Position numbers and translations under genes: made by a program
The notes under the pieces: generated by a model
What the model was told of the DNA's origin: nothing
The model's input: only the letters and a program-made list of their open reading frames with translations
The model's database searches: none
Part shown: piece after piece, positions 8,466 to 19,300 of the stretch
Layout of the letters: each line of letters opens with the position of its first letter
How positions within the stretch are numbered: position 1 is the stretch's first letter
Assembly: GCA_047616785.1 (NCBI GenBank)
Contig: JBLHHN010000001.1
Coordinates: forward strand, 1 to 63,379
Direction of reading: 5' to 3'
Length of the DNA stretch: 63,379 nucleotides
Source of the DNA: Verrucomicrobiales bacterium
GTDB taxonomy: Bacteria; Verrucomicrobiota; Verrucomicrobiia; Verrucomicrobiales; DEV007

Positions 8466-11400
8466 TCAATCCAAGCGCAAACGAAGACGAAGACGCACGA
8501 ATGATCCAAGAGGCAACACTGGCAGTGTCACCCTCAACTGCCCATCCACCAACTCAGAGGCTTCAGCCCCGACAGTGCTCCACTGATCAAGGCCCACACT
8601 CTGTTCCACGATCCAGACGACCGAAGGATCATCGATCAAATACGGCACCAGAATCTGCAGTGTTGATGCATCGACATACCCAATTGCGATAACACCAATC
8701 TCTCCTCCCAGACGAGGATCCGTGCCTTGCACGTACTCGATAAAGTTGACCACACCGTCTCGATCAACATCTGCCAATGGACCTGACACAGCCACATCTT
8801 CCAATTCTTCATCAGTAAATTGCTCCGCTTTCCACGCCTCGAACAATGTCCGTTCTTTCTCAAACACAGCGGTCACTTGCAAATCACCGATCACCTGCGT
8901 GCTGAGAGACAGCGATGCCCCCGACAGATCCATTCCCCATTCAACAAACCGGTAGCCTAGATCGGCAACCGCAGTAAAGGTGACTTCCGTGCTCTCACGG
9001 TACCTCAACTGATCCGGAGAAACGAGAATGGTTCCGCCCAGAAGATCTTCGGCAACGCTCACCGCATAAGCGCGAACCAAGTTCGCACCAACGGAGCGAT
9101 CCCCATTCATGATGACACTGGTCGTGACATCTGTGCCAGAGGCATCCCCACTCCAACCATCAAAGAGGTAATGCTCTTCGGGGACAAAAGTTAGCGTGAC
9201 CGAGTCTCCTTCCAGGTAGGCTGGCTTGCTAGGGTCAACCGTAATGAGGCCACCCGATTCCGGTTGAGCGATGGTGAGAGCGTAGTTCTTCACAAAGATC
9301 GCTTCGATGGCCACATCACCAGTGATCTGAAAACTCAGTGGATTGTCCGTAGACTCGACATCTCTCACCCAGCGAGCAAAGACCGATCCTTCCGCAGCAA
9401 TCGCAGTGGCAATCACCGTCGCTCCTATGGCGTGATCAGGCGTCGATGGAACTATCTCAACTCTGCCAGCTCCCTCAACCCAAGTGGTGACGACCACGCG
9501 ATCTACCGGATCGACTATGTCTTCATCATCAGCCCCTGGGCTTCCACCAGGTTGAGATGCCACCACCCAACTGCTCGCTGCTGCGTGATCAAGATCGGGA
9601 CTCACGCCACTTGTCAAAACGAGCGAGAATCCTTGGCCATCGGCAAAGGTTGGCCAGGGCAACTGATTGTTGTAGACGAAATCTCGGATGACCACTCCGT
9701 TAGCATCTATCAATAGCAATTGCTCGCCATCATTGTTCAGCCGACCGCTGTAGTCCGATTTGCCGAGCACATCCGTTGCGACCACAATCGTCCCGAGGTC
9801 GGCCGCATACCGGGTTTCAAATGCCGTTCTATTCTTCACCAACACCAGTCGCCCCCCTGCAGGGATGATGGCGTTGTCTACGAAATGAAAGGTGATGCCA
9901 CCCGCAAAGCGCACACCCGTCAGATCAATCCTCTGTCCGCTGGTATTCAGCAACTCGATGAACTCGTAGTCATCGCGATCCGTCGACACAGCCAATTCAG
10001 CAGCCGTGCTCGGTTCGCTTGGATGATAGTTGAGTTCAGAGATGACGAGATTACTCGCGTCCGCAGGTACCGTCCCGATGCTAAAGTAGGCCGCGTTGAG
10101 CGCGCTCCATTCACCAGAACTCTGATTATAAGAGCGTGAGAACAACCAACCAGGTTCCGACAGAGCGATCGGCTCCGACGTGTGCGAGTCGCCACCACCC
10201 GGAGGATTGCCAGTGAGTTCAAGATCAAAGCTCATATCAGAACTCCCCTCGCCGTTCTGGTGGACTTCGGCCGCAATTGTGTTGACCCCTGCCACAAACA
10301 CCGTAGGGCTCAGCTTCGCCACCACGCTCGCGTTGTCCCCATCACTACCAGTGGCATAAGCATTGTACGCGGCATTGTTCGGAAGATTGCGCCGCACCAC
10401 TTCCACACCATTCACATAGATGGTGATGCCGTCATCGAACACATAAGTGAGAGAGAAATCTTCAAACACCAAGGGATCAGCAATTGTCACCATCTTACGG
10501 AAATACGTCGTCGCGTTCTTCTGCACACCGTCGGCAGCACCGACATCGACAAAGTTCAATTCCGTAGCCTCATCATTGTCACCATATCCGAGTTGAGAGG
10601 GGCCAGAAGACCAGGCACCATCATCGAACCCAGCAGCCCGCCAAGCCGTACCTTGGTTCGACCCGTTATCCAGAAACTTCCATGTTGCGCCACTCTCCAA
10701 GTACCTCGTCGTGCTCGGTCCCCCGTCGCCATCCCCGGCAAGAGTCACTTGGGTCGCGTCAGGATTGATGCCTCCACCGACCAATCGCGGGTCGAGCGAA
10801 TGTTCGTAGTCTGTCAGATCTGTATCGTACATACCAAACATGTAATAGACTCCCGTGACCGATTGCGGCACGATCAAGCTCGGCCCACTTCCAAGCGGCA
10901 TGGCCCCTCCGTGTTGGCTGTAGGTTGGCGCACCAATGATCGGATACAATCCGCGAGAACGCAATTGCGCTAGGAAATTGCCTGTACGCACCGGAAACCA
11001 ATCATGTATGATCCTGTCATATTCACTCTGCCAATCCGCGACATGACGATTCTGCCCATGCTGACCGCCCCAACGCGCGGCTTCGGGAACCAAGATGCTG
11101 GTATGTTGGGCAGTGACCTCTTCATAAAGCGCCCTTGCGCCCCTGGGACTAAGCGGCCCCCTATTGAACATCGCACGATGCGCACGATCCGCGAAACGCA
11201 GTCGGTATTCAGGGCTCTCTTCCAGATCATCATTGGCTTCCGCTATACCACGGAAATCTGAAACCTTGTTGGTGTTAGTGTCGGAACGCAACAACAGCGA
11301 CCACTCCGCATCCCACATGAAGTACTTGTAGCCAGTGCGCGTTGCCACCTGTTTGTCGATGCCCCCATAGTAATTCTTGAACGGCCAATCACTGTTGCCC

Positions 11401-14300
11401 GCGTACCAATTGACCAGAAAGTAGTCAATGTTGTTGTTCGGATCACACCAGATCGGAAGCCCAGAGTTACGTGTGCCATTGCTATTAAATCCACACGCTT
11501 GCAGATAACGCGCATCGCTTTGGTCTTCACTGGTCGCCATAGAGATCGGTGCGACCGCTGATTTGAATGCATTCCACGTGCTGAGATTGCTCGCGCTATT
11601 GATGGCACTGCCAGAGTTCTGACCCTCCCATTGTTCGCGTTCCGCACCTTCGACATAACTTTCCGCAAAGCTTGCGTCTGGACGTTCGACCACATTGTAG
11701 AGGCCCCAATAGACCCCATTGATATAAACATGCATGAAACGCCCATGAGGCGCTGGTTGCCCAAGCGCCAGCTGTGCCCGCCGTCCAAACTCATCACGCG
11801 CATACTGCGGTTGACCACCCGCACCACTCCATTGCCACCCATCATTGGATTCCATCCGGAAAGTCAGCGTTTGGAATTCCCGCGCCACGCCAGGCTCTGT
11901 CCCAAAGAGGGGATACTTAAGAGATCCATCACCACCAGTAGGCTTACTGCTAGTGCCAAACTGGGTTTTGAACAATACCCGAAACGATTTCTTACGAGTC
12001 AGACCAAAGCCGCGAAAGGCACCGCCTTGTATACGGATCGCGCAGTTCTGTTGGAAATTGCCCGCGCCGTCTGGATCGGAATCAATCAACTCAAGCGACG
12101 TCTTGCGTTCCCACCGCTCGCCCGAAGAACCTGGATTCGAGTAGATGCCCTGCCCACCAAACATGTCATCGACATCCATCGCAATCGACAAACTGGGAAC
12201 CTCCTTGAGATCATCCTTGAGGGTCAGATGTGTCAATGGACTGACATTCGCATTGCCATCCATCCCATAGTAAGGCGCTTGACCTCCCCAACTCGCAGGC
12301 AGCCCGTAAACAGAACCCGTATTCACTGAATTCTGCGCAGCCACACTATCCACGAGCACATAGGTATGGGTGTCTGTGTTGGTCGATACATAGCCGGATC
12401 GATAGGCTATCGCTTTCACTGCCATTGTCCGATCCACCGTGATGAGGCCTGTGTAGACAGTTCCGCTAGTCACACTTGGCCAGTCGCCATTGGTCGTGTA
12501 ACGGATGGTCGCGCCAGGAGTCGCTGTGGTGATCGCGAGAGAGAACGGCGCATCATAGAATCCGCGACCAAAGCCAAACTTCGTATCAGCGACAAAGCCC
12601 AACACCCCACTATTGTCATCATTGGTCCCGTTGGGAGTCGGACTCAGAATGAAGCCAATTTGCAAGTCATTGCCAAAGAAGCCATAGGAGTTGCCAGCTC
12701 TCTGCTTGGGATAATCCGTCTCACTCGAACCAAATGCTGACAGAATGCTCACGCCGTCGGCCCCCACAAGTGCTAGATAATCACCCTTGCCATTGAGACT
12801 GAAATTGGTGTGCAACCGACCGCCATTGCTCGGTCGACGATCCCTGGAAGAGGCGAACACCAAGAGATACCCATTGCCTCCAATAGACACTACAGGAAAC
12901 TGCCATTTGGTGAGATTGGTAGGATCATCCGTTAGGTACCAGCCGCCGAGACTCACAGAACCCTCATCCGGGTTGTACAATTCGATCCAGTCAGGCGTTT
13001 CTCCATCTTCATCCGGCAAGGTTGCCATAGTGTTGTCTGCCAGAAACTCGTTGATCCGAATCGATGAACGGACCACGGCCAAGGTCACCACCTGTTCGAC
13101 CGACAAGCCCGACAGATCCGTTGCTCGCACACGAAAAGACAACGACGTGCCCAGTGCAGGCAGCGTCGCAACGACCTTCAAATTACTGCCATCAATGGAG
13201 AACAGCGCATTGTCCGTATCCCCGACCCCAGCCACCAACGCATAGACATGGGCATCCTCGCTATTGCCGTCCACTGCAGAGAACGTTCCAAGCCCCCCTC
13301 CAATCGGCGTCGTAGGCACTACCGTGGTGCTTGAGAAGCTCAATACCGAAGGCGCTTGAGCGGCCTCCACCGCTAGCGTGAATGTCTCGTCATAACTCAA
13401 ACTGGCACTATCAGTCGTGCGTAAACGAATCGAGTAAGTCGTGCCAAAGCCACCCAAAGCAGTCACCGCACGCAGCTGGTTGCCATTCACCAGATTGAAG
13501 GAATCATTGTCCGGAAACGCGACACTATCAATTAAACTGTAAGTGTGAGTATCATCTGCATTCGGGTCAACGGAGCTGAACAAACCAATCAGCGTGCCAA
13601 CCGCTGTATCCGGAGCGAGATCCGTGTTGCTTAGGATCATGTCAGTCGGTGCCAGCGACTGAAGCGGCGCCACTTCACGGAGGATGTAGCCGCTCATCGA
13701 GGGATCCACGCCGTTGTCATTGCCATTCAGAATGCGAATCGTCTGTGTCGTGCCGCCCGCCGTGAATCTCCCGATCACCGATCCCACGCCACTACGCGAG
13801 TAATCACCACTAACACTCTCGGGCGACTCACCATCGCCAGCACGCTGATTGCGAGCCGAACAACAGCCGCGCGTGTCGCCACCACCGATGAGTTGGATCT
13901 GATAGTCCGTTCCCGAGCTGAGAGCAGAGAGCGTGAACGACCAGGTATCGCCTGTCCAAACGTGGCTGTTCAAAACCGCATTCAACGCCTCATTGCCCGT
14001 GTCCCCACCATCACCCGTGAAGAAAGTGCCCGCAGCCTCACCAATGCCAAAGCCCATGGCTTCAAAGACAATGCTCTCACCATCAATGATCACTGTCTGC
14101 GTGTTGCCATCGCTCGTCGCATTCCTCGCCTCTACCAAAGTGCCCGAGGCATCAATGTCAGAATCGCTCGTGATATCAAACGGCACTTCCCAGGCGATCG
14201 GCGCGGCGACAAGGCAGGAAAGAAAGAAACTCCAGATGAGCGCGACAGTCCAGTTACGAACGAAGGGGGTGATCATCACTGGAAACGTCGCCCGGCGCAA
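8466..14300 (-). CDS. giant secreted CotH-kinase-family / lamin-tail-domain (LTD) protein, paralog 1
   Basis: 1944 aa with a signal-like N-terminus (alternative start 14276). Domains read from sequence: two cadherin-like repeats; LTD motifs (DWIELYNPDEGSVSLGGWYLTDD and FIELLNTSGQRIDLTGVRF); a CotH core (FMHVYINGVYWGLYNVVERPD); three InlB-B-repeat-like modules (FARWV.., FDGWSGD.., FVEWG..); a Ca-binding DVDRDG..GTDP motif; and a C-terminal beta module. Confidence 0.9.
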   Translation of the reverse strand: MRRATFPVMITPFVRNWTVALIWSFFLSCLVAAPIAWEVPFDITSDSDIDASGTLVEARNATSDGNTQTVIIDGESIVFEAMGFGIGEAAGTFFTGDGGDTGNEALNAVLNSHVWTGDTWSFTLSALSSGTDYQIQLIGGGDTRGCCSARNQRAGDGESPESVSGDYSRSGVGSVIGRFTAGGTTQTIRILNGNDNGVDPSMSGYILREVAPLQSLAPTDMILSNTDLAPDTAVGTLIGLFSSVDPNADDTHTYSLIDSVAFPDNDSFNLVNGNQLRAVTALGGFGTTYSIRLRTTDSASLSYDETFTLAVEAAQAPSVLSFSSTTVVPTTPIGGGLGTFSAVDGNSEDAHVYALVAGVGDTDNALFSIDGSNLKVVATLPALGTSLSFRVRATDLSGLSVEQVVTLAVVRSSIRINEFLADNTMATLPDEDGETPDWIELYNPDEGSVSLGGWYLTDDPTNLTKWQFPVVSIGGNGYLLVFASSRDRRPSNGGRLHTNFSLNGKGDYLALVGADGVSILSAFGSSETDYPKQRAGNSYGFFGNDLQIGFILSPTPNGTNDDNSGVLGFVADTKFGFGRGFYDAPFSLAITTATPGATIRYTTNGDWPSVTSGTVYTGLITVDRTMAVKAIAYRSGYVSTNTDTHTYVLVDSVAAQNSVNTGSVYGLPASWGGQAPYYGMDGNANVSPLTHLTLKDDLKEVPSLSIAMDVDDMFGGQGIYSNPGSSGERWERKTSLELIDSDPDGAGNFQQNCAIRIQGGAFRGFGLTRKKSFRVLFKTQFGTSSKPTGGDGSLKYPLFGTEPGVAREFQTLTFRMESNDGWQWSGAGGQPQYARDEFGRRAQLALGQPAPHGRFMHVYINGVYWGLYNVVERPDASFAESYVEGAEREQWEGQNSGSAINSASNLSTWNAFKSAVAPISMATSEDQSDARYLQACGFNSNGTRNSGLPIWCDPNNNIDYFLVNWYAGNSDWPFKNYYGGIDKQVATRTGYKYFMWDAEWSLLLRSDTNTNKVSDFRGIAEANDDLEESPEYRLRFADRAHRAMFNRGPLSPRGARALYEEVTAQHTSILVPEAARWGGQHGQNRHVADWQSEYDRIIHDWFPVRTGNFLAQLRSRGLYPIIGAPTYSQHGGAMPLGSGPSLIVPQSVTGVYYMFGMYDTDLTDYEHSLDPRLVGGGINPDATQVTLAGDGDGGPSTTRYLESGATWKFLDNGSNQGTAWRAAGFDDGAWSSGPSQLGYGDNDEATELNFVDVGAADGVQKNATTYFRKMVTIADPLVFEDFSLTYVFDDGITIYVNGVEVVRRNLPNNAAYNAYATGSDGDNASVVAKLSPTVFVAGVNTIAAEVHQNGEGSSDMSFDLELTGNPPGGGDSHTSEPIALSEPGWLFSRSYNQSSGEWSALNAAYFSIGTVPADASNLVISELNYHPSEPSTAAELAVSTDRDDYEFIELLNTSGQRIDLTGVRFAGGITFHFVDNAIIPAGGRLVLVKNRTAFETRYAADLGTIVVATDVLGKSDYSGRLNNDGEQLLLIDANGVVIRDFVYNNQLPWPTFADGQGFSLVLTSGVSPDLDHAAASSWVVASQPGGSPGADDEDIVDPVDRVVVTTWVEGAGRVEIVPSTPDHAIGATVIATAIAAEGSVFARWVRDVESTDNPLSFQITGDVAIEAIFVKNYALTIAQPESGGLITVDPSKPAYLEGDSVTLTFVPEEHYLFDGWSGDASGTDVTTSVIMNGDRSVGANLVRAYAVSVAEDLLGGTILVSPDQLRYRESTEVTFTAVADLGYRFVEWGMDLSGASLSLSTQVIGDLQVTAVFEKERTLFEAWKAEQFTDEELEDVAVSGPLADVDRDGVVNFIEYVQGTDPRLGGEIGVIAIGYVDASTLQILVPYLIDDPSVVWIVEQSVGLDQWSTVGAEASELVDGQLRVTLPVLPLGSFVRLRLRLRLD

Positions 14301-14341
14301 AGGCTCTGTCTACGGCAATCGAGAAGCGCAGGGCTACTCAA

Positions 14342-14366
14342 TTCGAGTTCTATTGAATAACTCGAA
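14342..14366. promoter_or_regulatory. near-perfect hairpin/palindrome in the divergent cotH1/acyltransferase intergenic region
   Basis: The sequence ttcgagttctatt-g-aataactcgaa has an outer perfect 8-bp stem (ttcgagtt/aactcgaa) and an inner tatt/aata pair separated by a one-nucleotide bulge. Confidence 0.25.
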
Positions 14367-14551
14367 CGTAATCAGAATTGATCGCACTTTGCAATCCGAT
14401 AGACTTTCTGCACCGCCTTGTCTCTATTGGGATTCTGTCTTCCAGGTTGGATGTGGTCGGCTTCGCCGCAAGTTTCTCGGGTTCCCTCACGGAACGTGAC
14501 AAGACAATCTTTCTCCATATCAACGGAATCGACCATGGAGAATTCACAGAA

Positions 14552-16285
14552 ATGACGGTGACGAACGACCCACATTATCGACCCGAGATCGATGGGTTGC
14601 GAAGTGTCGCTATGTTAGCTTTGCTGATCTTTCTCCTGGATCGTGCGTGGCTCCCCGGAGGCTTTGCGGGAGTGGACGTCTTCTTCGTCATCTCGGGCTA
14701 TCTGATCACCTCGATCATTGTGCGGGGCTGTGATTCAGGCACCTTCTCTCTGGCGCAGTTCTACCAGCGACGCATCGAGCGCTTGTTCCCTGCCTTGCTG
14801 GTGATGCTAGTGGTGTCGCTTCTTGTGGCGAGGTTCCTCTTTACGAGCTGGGACTTTGCCAACATCTCTGCAAGTTTCTCTTCGGCGCTCTTGTCCATTG
14901 CGAACATTGATCCGTGGAATCAGGGAGATTACTTTGCCATGCCTCCAGACGCGCAGCCTCTGTTGCATTGCTGGTCGCTGTCCGTGGAGGAACAGTTCTA
15001 TCTCGTCTTTCCGCTAGTTCTTTTGGGGCTGATGCGATGATCTCTTAGACTTCGACTAATCATTGTCGGTGGGCTCATGGGGTTGAGTTTTGGAATGAGT
15101 GTTTATTGGAGTTTCGAGCATCCCCCTTCGGGATTCTACCTCTTGCCATCGCGCGCTTGGGAACTCCTGGCTGGGAGTTTCCTGGCGATGATCCCTGCAG
15201 CGCGTGCTCCACACAGGCGTTGGAGCTATCTCGGGCTCGCGCTGATCGGCCTGGCCCTCGTTGGGCTCCGTGAAGGCCCACAATTTCCTGGATGGCAGGC
15301 TTCTTTGCCCGTGGTGGGGACTGTCCTTGTTCTGCGCCATGGAAAAGGAGGCTTGTTAGTCTCGGCGCCACTTGAGCTGATCGGCCGGGCCTCCTATTCG
15401 CTTTACCTCTGCCATTGGCCAGTCTTCTCATTTATCGACTATCGCTTTATCTTACAGAGTCCAGAGCTGAGGCTGGTTCTGAAACTCATTCTCACGGCCG
15501 GCTGCACCGTCGTTTCCTATCGTTGTGTCGAACGGCCTCTCCGCGTCTGGCTGAATCGCACGCCGTCGAGACGTCTCGCCTACGCGACGCTCGCATTCAT
15601 TCTGATTGCCTTGGGGCCGTTAGGCTATGCCTTGAGGAATCAGCACTACATCGATGGTTCGGATGGTCGCTTCTTCGAGGCGCGAGATTCCAAGGGGACA
15701 ATTGTTCTGATAGGAGATAGCCAGGCGACGGTGTATGGTGAGCTTCTCCGAGACTTGGCGCGGGCCCATCAGCATCGTCTCGTTATCCTCTGCCAAGCGG
15801 GCAAGGATCCGGTTATGAATGGCGCGCTGTGGGAATCGACACTGCGTGAGATCGAGCGCGTACGCCCCACGCAGCTTGTGCTGGCCTGTCATTGGGACAA
15901 GCTGGGGAGAGATCCGAATCGACTTAAGGCAACGCTAGAACGCCTCAAGCCCTTGGTGTCGCGGCAGATCATTCTCATGACCATGCCACCTGACCGGCCA
16001 AAGAACGCCTCGCGCGAAGCCATCCGGGCAGGCGCACGGCCGCCTTTCTACGAAGCCCCTGACAAACGCGCCTTCCGGCAGCAGCTCGATCGTCTCGCCA
16101 AAGATCTAGCGGATGCCAAGGTCCAGGTGCTGGAAACCGCTCCGTTCTTTGTGGATGCCGATGGTTCCGTTCCCGTCTTTAATGAAGCCGGACAGCCGCT
16201 CTTCTTTGATAGGCTACACCTTTCCAAGGTGGGGACAGATCGATTGAAGCCGACTTTGACCAGAATGCTCACGCAGAGGCCTTGA
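14552..16285 (+). pseudogene. OafA-like acyltransferase (acyltransferase-3 membrane domain plus SGNH-like C-terminal domain) interrupted by an in-frame TGA at 15038-15040
   Basis: ORFs 14378..15040 and 15077..16285 are in the same frame. Acyltransferase-3 motifs span the stop: EIDGLRSVAML, VDVFFVISGYLIT and WSLSVEEQFYLVFPL lie before it, and LLPSRAWELLAGSFLAM lies after it. The 36 nt between the two ORFs contain no other stop. Confidence 0.8.
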
Positions 16286-16352
16286 TCCAAATCCAGTTTC
16301 GTCCTTCGAGACTCGACGCGGGCTCTTGAATGTGGTCTAATGAGAGACCCTC

Positions 16353-19300
16353 ATGAATCGATCATACTTTGCTCTCCTTCTGGCTCTAGCGCTCATGCAA
16401 GGCGCCTTGCATGCTCAGGATCCATTTCCGATTTCGGTGGCGATCCATGAGATTCACTATCATCCTAACCTCCCGACGGAATCTGTGGAGTTCATCGAAC
16501 TCTACAATCCCACGGACTCCGAAATCGATCTGTCGGGCTGGTCGTTTTCAGAAGGGATCGATCATGTCTTCTCTGCTGGAGAGATGATCGGTGCCAACAC
16601 TCTCTATCTCTTGGCACAAGACGCGGCAGCGTACAACAAGAAATTCGGATCGATCTTCACGGGTGGTGTGAAAGCAAATGTCCAGTGGGATGCAGGAATG
16701 TTGTCCAATACGGGAGAGACTCTAACATTGCGGAATGCAGCGAATAAGATCATCGACCAGGTGGACTACCAAGATGGATTTCCTTGGCCAGTGAGTGCGG
16801 ATGGTGGTGGCGCGAGTATGGAATTGGTGAATGCGTTGGAGGACAATGGGCTTTCAGGGCATTGGCGGGCCAGTGTGAAGCCGACACCTGGCAAAGAGAA
16901 TGCGATGCGCCTGGAGAATCCGCCGCCTGCGGTGAGGCAGGTGGCACATGCGCCGAAAGCACCGACCGCTTCGGACACGGTGGTGGTGAGCGCGAAGGCG
17001 ACCGATGCGGATGGCGTGGCCTCCATGATACTTGCGTTGCAAGTGATCACACCGGGCTCTTACATTCGCCTCACGGATGATGCCTATGCCACGTCGTGGG
17101 AAATGTTTCCGATGAATGATGCGGGCACGGATGGTGATGAAACGGCAGGCGATGCGACTTACTCGACGACGGTTCCGGCCGCGATGATGCAGCATCGCGC
17201 TTTGATTCGGTATCGGATTCACGCAGAGGACCTGTTAGGGAACACGGTCGCGTTGCCATATGAAGATGACCCGACTCCGAATCAAGGATTCTTGGTCTAT
17301 AATGGTGTGCCTGCTTGGTCTGGGTCTAGCAGTGGCAAATCTCCGCGCCGCGAATTCACTGCGGAGGAAATGGCAACCTTGCCAGTCTATCATCTCATCG
17401 CGGATGGAGAGGATGTGGAACGTTGTCAGTATCGCTCTTCTGATGAGAGTCGACGATTCCGTGGGACAATGGTTTACGACGGACGGGTCTATGACCATAT
17501 TGAATTCAAGATCCGCGGGGAATTCTCCACCTATCAGAGTGGCAAGAACAAGTGGAAGTTCTTCTTCAATCGAGGCACTGATTTCAGTGCGCGCGATAAC
17601 TATGGATTGGAGTATGCGAGCCCGTTTCGAGTGATGAATTTCAGCGCCTGCGCCTCTCCTTGGGTTCCGGCGAATCGTGGCATGTCAGGGTTGGAAGAAT
17701 CCACAGCTTTTCGTCTGCATGGACTGGCGGGCGTTCCGTCGCCCAAGACGCACCACGTTCATTTTCGAATCATTGACGATGCTGAAGAAGCGCCAGTGCC
17801 TGACCAATACGGCGGCGATCTATGGGGCTTGTATTTAAGCCAACAACATCCGGACGGACGCCTTTTAAATCAGTTAGGATTGCCTGATGGCAACACCTTC
17901 AAGATCGAGAGTGGGAACGGTGATCAGAAACATGAGGGCCCCTTCGAGAGCAATTATGGGGCGTTCGTTTCACAAGCCAGACGCACCCAGACTGCCGAAT
18001 GGTGGCACGAAAACATGAACATGGAGCATTATTATAGCTTCCGAGCCATGAATCGTGCGGTCGGCAACATCGATATTCGTGAGGGATGGAACCACTATTT
18101 CTATCACCATCCCAATGGGCAATGGTCACCCTTACCATGGGATCTGGACATGACCTTCATGCCGGAAACTCATTGGAGTGGAACGATCGATGCGAAGGCC
18201 TGTCTGAACACCGACGAGATCGCCATCGAGTATAGCAATCGCTGTCGTGAACTGCTAGATCTTCTGCTTTCCAACGGCACTGCTAGCGGAGGCCAAGTCG
18301 GCTCAGTGATCGAAGAAACCGCACAATGGTTAGGATCACAGAAAGATTGGCAGGATGTCGCCACCATCGCGAAAGCGCAATCCAGGGCCGAAGTGACGAC
18401 CGCGAGCCCTCACGGTTATGCCACAGGCGATCGGATCACCATGGTCGGCGTGAGCGCGGATGCCTACAATGGGGAACATGAGATCACCGTGGTAGGCGAC
18501 ACCTCTTTCAGTTATCCCGTGTCGATCTTCGCGGCCCAGAGCCCAGCAGGCGACAGTATCCAAGTGGGCAAATCGGTTGGCGCAGGCTCTGCTTGGGCGC
18601 AGATTGACCAGGCCATGTGGAATAATCATCCTCGGTCGACAGGCGGCCATCAGGATAATTTTTATGCCAACCCAACGACACAAGGTTTTCAAGGCGGCAC
18701 CCTCACGCGCACGCTGCCAAGTGCTGATATCAGTGGCTTTGCCGAGTATTTGAAAGGTTTCACCACAAACACCGACCCTGACGATTTCAAGGTGGGCGAT
18801 GGGGATCAGCGTGGCTACGGCTACAACTATGTGAGAGAAGAATCGAATGACGGCAAGGCTCCTGACAGACCGATCATCTCGTATGTTGGTGAGAATGATT
18901 TTCCGGTCGATGGGCTGCGGTTCCAATCAGGAGAGTTCTCTGGAGGTACGATCTTTGCGAAGCAGTCCTTTGTAAGCATGCAATGGCGAATCGGTGAGAT
19001 CTACAATCCCTCCACACCTAACTACGAAGCGAACACGCCTTGGCGCTATGAGATCGCGCCGGTGTGGGAGAGTGAGGCGGTCACGGAATTCACCGCAGAA
19101 ATGACGGTTCCTGCCAATGTGCTGAGGCCTGGCAGCACCTATCGGGCTCGAGTGCGACATCTGAACCAATTCGGCGGTTGGAGCCGTTGGTCAGAGCCGA
19201 TTGAGTTTGTAGCAGGTGGTCCTGACCTCAGTGTCTTCGCCGATCTTGTCGTCACCGAGTTGATGTATCATCCAGGGGCTCCGTCAGAAGCAGAGCAGGC

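Noticed and set aside
9264-12740. Many long plus-strand ORFs (for example 9264..9716, 10182..10973, 11631..12329 and 12366..12740) antisense to the giant cotH1 gene. Similar antisense ORFs lie inside cotH2, cotH3, the alpha/beta hydrolase (20199..20894), the RND pump (5933..6481) and the Gfo/Idh/MocA gene (54493..55158).
   Set aside because: They lie entirely within strongly supported genes on the opposite strand. Their composition is R/S/P/H-rich and low in complexity, and they show no recognisable motifs. They are typical shadow ORFs of GC-biased coding DNA.
15038-15040. Genome-wide TGA reassignment (Trp/Gly) or selenocysteine as an explanation for the in-frame TGAs at 15038 and 46547.
   Set aside because: TGA clearly terminates well-defined genes in the same window: the NodT gene at 2674-2676, the MFP gene at 3888-3890 and purC at 44315-44317. 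I see no SECIS-like context, and neither protein family is a known selenoprotein. One of the three interruptions is a TAG, so decay or error fits better.
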